Below, piece by piece: positions 63,606-64,000 of a DNA stretch of 64,000 bases (positions are counted from its first letter, which is position 1; every line of letters starts with the position of its first letter). A model generated the notes under the pieces. The model was not told where the DNA came from. It ran no database searches and was given only the letters and a program-made list of their open reading frames with translations. This stretch comes from Octopus bimaculoides (taxonomy: Eukaryota), in contig NC_068984.1 of NCBI RefSeq assembly GCF_001194135.2, positions 24,511,671 through 24,575,670 on the forward strand, given 5' to 3'. The position numbers and the translations under genes are program-made.

Positions 63606-64000
63606 TATACTACTTAACCCTGAACAATGATATCACAGAATGTTATTTATGTTGTCTTGCACAGTAATTTAGTAGAATGTAGTGATTACCATGATATTAA
63701 TTAACATTAAAATATTACGCTGACTAACAGAATAAGTTAGCTTTAACAAAATATTACAAGGATATCTTTTACCTTTTAATTTTTACTTGTTTCAGTAATT
63801 GGATCGTGACCTTACTGGAGAACAGCCATAAAGGGTTTTAGATGAACAAATTGATGGTAGGGCCTTTTTTGTTTTTCAAGTCTGGCACTTATTCTACTGC
63901 TCACTTTTGTTGAATTGCTAGGTTACTAGGTTACAATGATGCAAACAAACCAACACCAGCTATCAAAACACAAACACTATATATACATATATATACATAC

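Overview
AT-rich, repeat-dense animal genomic DNA, most likely a coleoid cephalopod such as Octopus (inferred from the SINE/RTE repeat complement, not proven). Five assembly N-gaps: 12392-12708, 22507-22791, 27658-28615, 46569-46954, 59934-59973. Two spliced genes were reconstructed exon by exon with consistent reading phases. (1) A complete cytoplasmic alanyl-tRNA synthetase (AARS1) on +: 22 coding exons from 9726 to 40505, 2874 nt, 957 aa, with a probable non-coding first exon ending at 5416 and one GC-AG intron. (2) A convergent arylsulfatase B/I/J-like gene on -: 7 exons from 62641 to 41343, intact CTPTR motif, first coding exon outside the window. A possible third small gene (about 94 aa) runs divergently from the AARS promoter. 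Introns carry RTE LINE 3' ends with (GAT)n tails, three tRNA-derived SINE families, mariner and piggyBac-type MITEs, an R4/Dong-like fragment in a (TAA)n tract, a probable solo LTR and a CMC/Chapaev-like transposase relic. Best leads, all untested: an intronic CpG-rich promoter or LTR in the sulfatase with a signal-peptide-like mini-exon in frame with the C-terminal half; paired ATF4/CARE sites at the AARS start; inverted young RTEs bracketing a frame-symmetric AARS exon pair; a stop-containing alternative acceptor before the C-Ala region. No CRISPR array, rRNA or true tRNA gene was seen.
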